The notes under the pieces are model-generated. The model was not told where the DNA came from, searched no databases, and was given only the letters and a program-made list of their open reading frames with translations. A DNA stretch of 64,000 nucleotides from Microgenomates bacterium OLB22 (lineage in GTDB: Bacteria; Patescibacteriota; Microgenomatia; UBA1406; HO2-37-13b). A program made the position numbers and the translations under genes. The stretch covers positions 36,610 to 100,609 of the forward strand of contig LLEV01000008.1 of assembly GCA_001567515.1 (NCBI GenBank). The letters run 5' to 3'. Below are positions 60,141-64,000 of this stretch, in pieces; within the stretch, counting starts at the first letter, position 1; every line of letters begins with the position of its first letter.

Positions 60141-61103
60141 ATGAAAAAATTTGCAGTTGCCATCTTGGTCCTGCTCGTCTTAGTCATCTCTTCGTTCATG
60201 TACCTGAAGGAAGGGTCTCTACCCGCCAATCCAGCCGACACTATGTCTAGACCCTTTATCATCCGCAAAGGAGCAGCTCTCAATACAATCATCCGCGATC
60301 TCAGTGCCCAAGGTCTAATCAGAGATAGGATCGTCTTTTATCTCTTAGTTCGCAAGATGGGGATACAGAACAGAATACAGGCAGGTGAGTTTCGACTATC
60401 TCCTGCGATGTCTGCAGAGGAAGTAGCGGTTAATTTGACAAAGGGGAGCCTGGATGTCTGGGTAACTTTGATTGAGGGAACACGGAAAGAAGAGATGGCG
60501 CAAGTTCTGTCTCGAGAGTTAGGGATACCTGAGGTTGAATTCGTGAAGAAGGCGCGTGAAGGATATCTGTTTCCCGATACCTATCTGATACCTCGGGACG
60601 CAACTATAGATCAGATCATTGCTATACTTCAAGCGAACTTCGATCGCAAGTTCTCACTAGAGCTGCAGAAAAAGGCTCAAGCAAAAGGATTGACCAAAGA
60701 TGAGGTGGTGATATTGGCTTCATTGGTTGAAAGAGAGGCTCGTACACAAAAAAATAGACAGATTGTTGCTTCAATTTTAAGACGACGTCTCGAGATAGGT
60801 ATGGCACTACAGATAGACGCCACTGTGCAGTATGCTGTTGGGTATGATGCTGCCTCAGCCTCATGGTGGAAGCCCAATCTGACAAGACAAGATCTAGCGA
60901 TATCTTCACCTTACAATACGTATAGATATCCAGGTATGCCACCCGGACCTATTGCTAGTCCCAGCCTCTCATCTATCCAGGCAGTTATAGACGCCTCCTC
61001 GACTCCCTACTTGTATTACATCTCAGACAGAACGGGTAAGACGATGCATTATGCCGCTACTCTTGAAGAACACAACGAGAACATAGCAAAGTATCTTCGA
61101 TGA
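60141..61103 (+). CDS. mltG: Endolytic murein transglycosylase MltG (YceG-like)
   Basis: MKKFAVAILVLLVLV (TM) then YceG domain with LIEGTRKEEMAQVL and ILASLVEREAR (catalytic Glu region); ATG 60141 preferred over 60096. Confidence 0.85.
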   Translation: MKKFAVAILVLLVLVISSFMYLKEGSLPANPADTMSRPFIIRKGAALNTIIRDLSAQGLIRDRIVFYLLVRKMGIQNRIQAGEFRLSPAMSAEEVAVNLTKGSLDVWVTLIEGTRKEEMAQVLSRELGIPEVEFVKKAREGYLFPDTYLIPRDATIDQIIAILQANFDRKFSLELQKKAQAKGLTKDEVVILASLVEREARTQKNRQIVASILRRRLEIGMALQIDATVQYAVGYDAASASWWKPNLTRQDLAISSPYNTYRYPGMPPGPIASPSLSSIQAVIDASSTPYLYYISDRTGKTMHYAATLEEHNENIAKYLR

Positions 61104-61139
61104 TTTTTTAATGTTGTATTAGTATTTCCGATTATACAA

Positions 61140-61636
61140 ATGGAAAAATATTCTAACGGCGCAGAGAAGAGCCCTCAGAAGGACAGTGGATACATTGACT
61201 GGGTTGCTTATGACGAGTGGGAAGGAAATCTTACACACGGACAAAAAAAGCCATCTTGGATGGAGAGTATCCCGCGGGGACACCTGAATGGATCATCACT
61301 GTTCATCTTAAGACGACACAGGAGGAAAAGCTACTGGGTGGTATATTCAGAGCAAAGTATGATATGACTTTGGCAGATTTGGAAGCTCGAGATGTGAACA
61401 CTATTCTTGACCAGATTGTAGCAGAGGATGGTTCGCGTAATGAAGCTCCTCGGCGAGGCAGAAACATCTTAGACAGTTTGTCTGCAATTCAACGAACAGT
61501 ATTTAGTGCTTTGTATGCGCTTGAAGGTATGCGCTGCATGACTAAGCAGGAAGTGGCACAGCAGCTTGCTATTAGTCTTGAAGAAGTAGATCGCATTGAA
61601 GAGGAGGCGTATCGGATTATCCAATTCGGTAACTAA
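61140..61636 (+). CDS. Small protein with a sigma-70 region-4-like HTH; possible frameshift
   Basis: C-terminus …RTVFSALYALEGMRCMTKQEVAQQLAISLEEVDRIEEEAYRIIQ resembles sigma region 4. ORFs 61140-61367 and 61217-61636 join (…GNLTHGQKKAILDGEYPAG…) if A7 at 61243-61249 is A8. Alternatively the second ORF starts on its own at GTG 61217. Confidence 0.5.
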
Positions 61637-61644
61637 CTACTTAC

Positions 61645-63783
61645 TTACTCTTCCGGTATTGGTGATGTTGTCTCCATCCCAGGTCGATATAATACCTCTC
61701 GTCCCTTTGCACCACCCTCTTGTCCGATATATCCTTTTTCTGCCAGTATGTCGATTATTCTGGCAGCTCGCGAGTAGCCGATGTTCAGTCTGCGCTGCAA
61801 AAGCGATGTTGATGCTTTGTTAGCCTGTACTATGACATCAAGGGCCTGCTGTATCAGGGGATCTCCATCGTCTGATGAGGTCGATGAATGCGACATCCCG
61901 CCTCCTTTCCCTCTTTGACCGATGGGAACTTCTTGTTCGGTGATGGCCTCAGTGTAGTCAACACGCGGGACATGCTTTTTGAGGAATGTTACGAGATCTC
62001 GCACATCAGGGTCACTTAGGTAGGCGCTCTGGATACGATGAGGCCGCGGTTGGTCTGATGCCAAGTACAACATATCTCCTTTGCCGAGGAGGCGCTCAGC
62101 TCCAGGGGTATCAAGAACGACTCGAGAGTCAATCATAGAGGGGACATTAAAGGCGATACGTGTCGGGATGTTTGATTTCATAAGACCTGTGATGACATCA
62201 ACTGAAGGCCTCTGGGTTGCCAGTACTAGGTGGATCCCTACTGCGCGCGCCATCTGTGCGATACGAGTGATCAGGTCTTCTACCTCACTAGCTGCATAGA
62301 TCATCAGGTCCGCCAACTCGTCAATAATAAAGACGAGATAAGGCATGTTCTGTTTATCTTTATCAGGGAGGGCGTAGTAATTCAAAATATTTCTTACACC
62401 ATATTGAGCTAATAGCTTATATCGAGCTTCCATGGTATCCACTGTCCATTTCAGTGCCGAGATAATCTTCTTTGGTTCAACTATCACTTCAGTCATCAGA
62501 TGCGGAACGCCATTGTAGACACTTAGCTCAACTCGTTTTGGATCTACCATAATCATACGTACTTGGTCAGGTGTTGTTCTCATCAGTAGGGAGGCTATCC
62601 ACGCATTAAGGAGAACGGATTTACCCGACCCTGTTGTACCAGCGATCAGGGTGTGTGGCATAGTGGCTATGTCGGCGATGATAGGATTTCCGGAGACATC
62701 CAGCCCCATTGGTACTGCTAGAGGCTTACTTCTGTCGTTCAATATTGGCTGATCCAACATGCTTCTGAGAGATACGATCTGCGATTTTTTATTTGGTATC
62801 TCGATACCGACAAGAGACCTTCCAGGTATAGGGGCTTCTATTCGGACTAGTCCAGATGGGGCAGCAAGGGCTAGCGCCATGTCATTGGCTAGTGCGGTAA
62901 TACGAGTCAGCTTTATACCTACTGCTATTTGGAGTGCATACTGTGTGACTGTCGGGCCCTTATTCACTTCAGCTACCTGTGCTCGGATCCCAAAGCTTTC
63001 TAATGTCCTCTCGATGATCGCAGAGTTCATTGCGACGTCACCATAATCAGCCTCACCTTCCTTTACATGTGAAAGGATGCTTGTTGGGGGATATACCCAA
63101 TCAGCATACATCTTCGATGAGATCGAGCGCATTTGGAGGTTTTCAGCTGGAGTGCTGCTAGTAAGAGGCTTTGGTGGTGCCGGTGGCTCTTTCTTCATCC
63201 CTGAGTTATCTAAGTTAGGTATAAAGTCAGGTGATCCTTTTTTACTCTTTCCAACTGGCTCATTGAGTTGTCCTTTTGCAAATCCTAGTGCTTGTTGTAT
63301 AAACATAAATACAGCTGCTACAAAACCATCGACTGATGTGTTTAGAAATAAAATGAGACCAACTATTAGGGTGATAAGCAGGATGATAAGTCCCCCCAGA
63401 AAGGAGAAGTCAGCGGTCAGATTTTCAAATATTGTCCGGCCAGCCGAACCTGATCGGAAAAAGCCTAGAAGTGAGATAAGTAACATACCAAACCCGAGGG
63501 TCACATTGTACGTGATGATCTGAAACTTTTTGGTCTTGAAACAATGTGTAGCAAGCAGGAGTGGGACAAGAGGCACAAAGAGTGAAAGTATTCCAAATCT
63601 ATCAGTAAGTTGTGTGTGTATCCCTGTGAGGATACTTCCCGTCTGGATAAAAGATATCCAGAGTAGCATTGCCAGACCAAAGAGCGTTATCCCAATGATA
63701 TTTATAAAGATGCGTCGATGCAGTTTGACCTTAAACTTGAGGATAGGGACAGTGATCTGAAAAAATTCCTTGCGACGAGCCAT
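61645..63783 (-). CDS. ftsK: DNA translocase FtsK/SpoIIIE
   Basis: 712 aa; 4-5 N-terminal TMs, linker, motor domain with Walker A AGTTGSGKSV and Walker B FIIDELADL, C-terminal gamma winged helix (TSLLQRRLNIGYSRAARIIDILE). Confidence 0.9.
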   Translation of the reverse strand: MARRKEFFQITVPILKFKVKLHRRIFINIIGITLFGLAMLLWISFIQTGSILTGIHTQLTDRFGILSLFVPLVPLLLATHCFKTKKFQIITYNVTLGFGMLLISLLGFFRSGSAGRTIFENLTADFSFLGGLIILLITLIVGLILFLNTSVDGFVAAVFMFIQQALGFAKGQLNEPVGKSKKGSPDFIPNLDNSGMKKEPPAPPKPLTSSTPAENLQMRSISSKMYADWVYPPTSILSHVKEGEADYGDVAMNSAIIERTLESFGIRAQVAEVNKGPTVTQYALQIAVGIKLTRITALANDMALALAAPSGLVRIEAPIPGRSLVGIEIPNKKSQIVSLRSMLDQPILNDRSKPLAVPMGLDVSGNPIIADIATMPHTLIAGTTGSGKSVLLNAWIASLLMRTTPDQVRMIMVDPKRVELSVYNGVPHLMTEVIVEPKKIISALKWTVDTMEARYKLLAQYGVRNILNYYALPDKDKQNMPYLVFIIDELADLMIYAASEVEDLITRIAQMARAVGIHLVLATQRPSVDVITGLMKSNIPTRIAFNVPSMIDSRVVLDTPGAERLLGKGDMLYLASDQPRPHRIQSAYLSDPDVRDLVTFLKKHVPRVDYTEAITEQEVPIGQRGKGGGMSHSSTSSDDGDPLIQQALDVIVQANKASTSLLQRRLNIGYSRAARIIDILAEKGYIGQEGGAKGREVLYRPGMETTSPIPEE

Positions 63784-63903
63784 ACGTTCATTCTAGCTTT
63801 AGCAAAGGGAAAAGTCAAAAGAGTTATACTTAAGGATGAAGATGAAAAATCCCCGATATCAGAGAGCTCTGATTCGGGGGTTTCTCAATAGTTCGATTTG
63901 TTA

Positions 63904-64000
63904 TCATTCATCCTCTTTTTCATTGCGCACCATGGAGAGCTGATACGACCACGAGGGTCTACATCATCTACCCGTACAGTTACTTGTTCACCTTCCTTGA
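63904..64000 (-). CDS. 3' end of an S1-domain RNA-binding protein (PNPase-like C-terminus), partial
   Basis: Minus strand reads …KEGEQVTVRVDDVDPRGRIS then, after a one-base-short junction near 63935-63945, LSMVRNEKEDE and stop (63904-63906); the gene continues beyond the window. Confidence 0.4.

Overview
This is a 64-kb, moderately AT-rich, gene-dense bacterial chromosome segment. The gene repertoire looks like a streamlined Candidate Phyla Radiation (Patescibacteria)-type organism: short aminoacyl-tRNA synthetase, lamin-tail-domain and VanZ surface proteins, several small two-TM pilin-like proteins, PilN/PilO-like genes, an ATP-dependent DNA ligase and many orphan membrane proteins. I can support about 70 protein genes and one tRNA-Ser(UGA). 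I found no rRNA, no CRISPR array and no recognisable transposase or integrase.

Housekeeping blocks: ftsE-ftsX; valS-rpmH-yidC-jag; uppS; murF-like plus alr; groES-groEL; recF-dnaG-rpoD; two SF1 helicases flanking a FemAB-like gene; tpiA; rpsT; murJ-mltG; ftsK.

The dominant unusual signal is about 42 frame breaks (roughly one per 1.5 kb). Almost all fall at A/T homopolymers of 4-9 nt. By my count, 33 rejoin if one base is removed and 9 if one is added. They interrupt genes expected to be essential (groEL, rpoD, dnaG, rpsT, murJ, alr). Insertion-biased homopolymer error in the assembly is the most economical explanation. Real pseudogenisation or transcriptional-slippage rescue cannot be excluded from sequence alone.

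The gene models below are frame-corrected where conserved protein architecture justifies it. Correction exposes genes and features the ORF track cannot show:
- rpsT and rpmH
- the rpoD N-terminus
- a signal peptide on a Cys-rich pilin-like protein
- a C-terminal LPKAG sorting-like signal
- full PilO and Hsp20

Candidates for undescribed biology (all orphan, none proven):
- a possibly ~1350-aa tail-anchored giant protein co-oriented with a secreted Cys-rich pilin-like gene (6.3-11.1 kb)
- a JAB/MPN-motif protein just downstream of tRNA-Ser, next to a stand-alone DEDDh exonuclease and a protease-less Lon-type AAA+ ATPase (37-40 kb)
- a terminator-bounded two-gene cassette whose larger product has an H-Y-E ADP-ribosyltransferase-like motif pattern (33.1-34.4 kb)
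- a GC-rich single-gene islet (29.1-29.4 kb)
- a PilN/PilO-led operon encoding surface proteins with sorting-like C-termini (54.3-58.1 kb)
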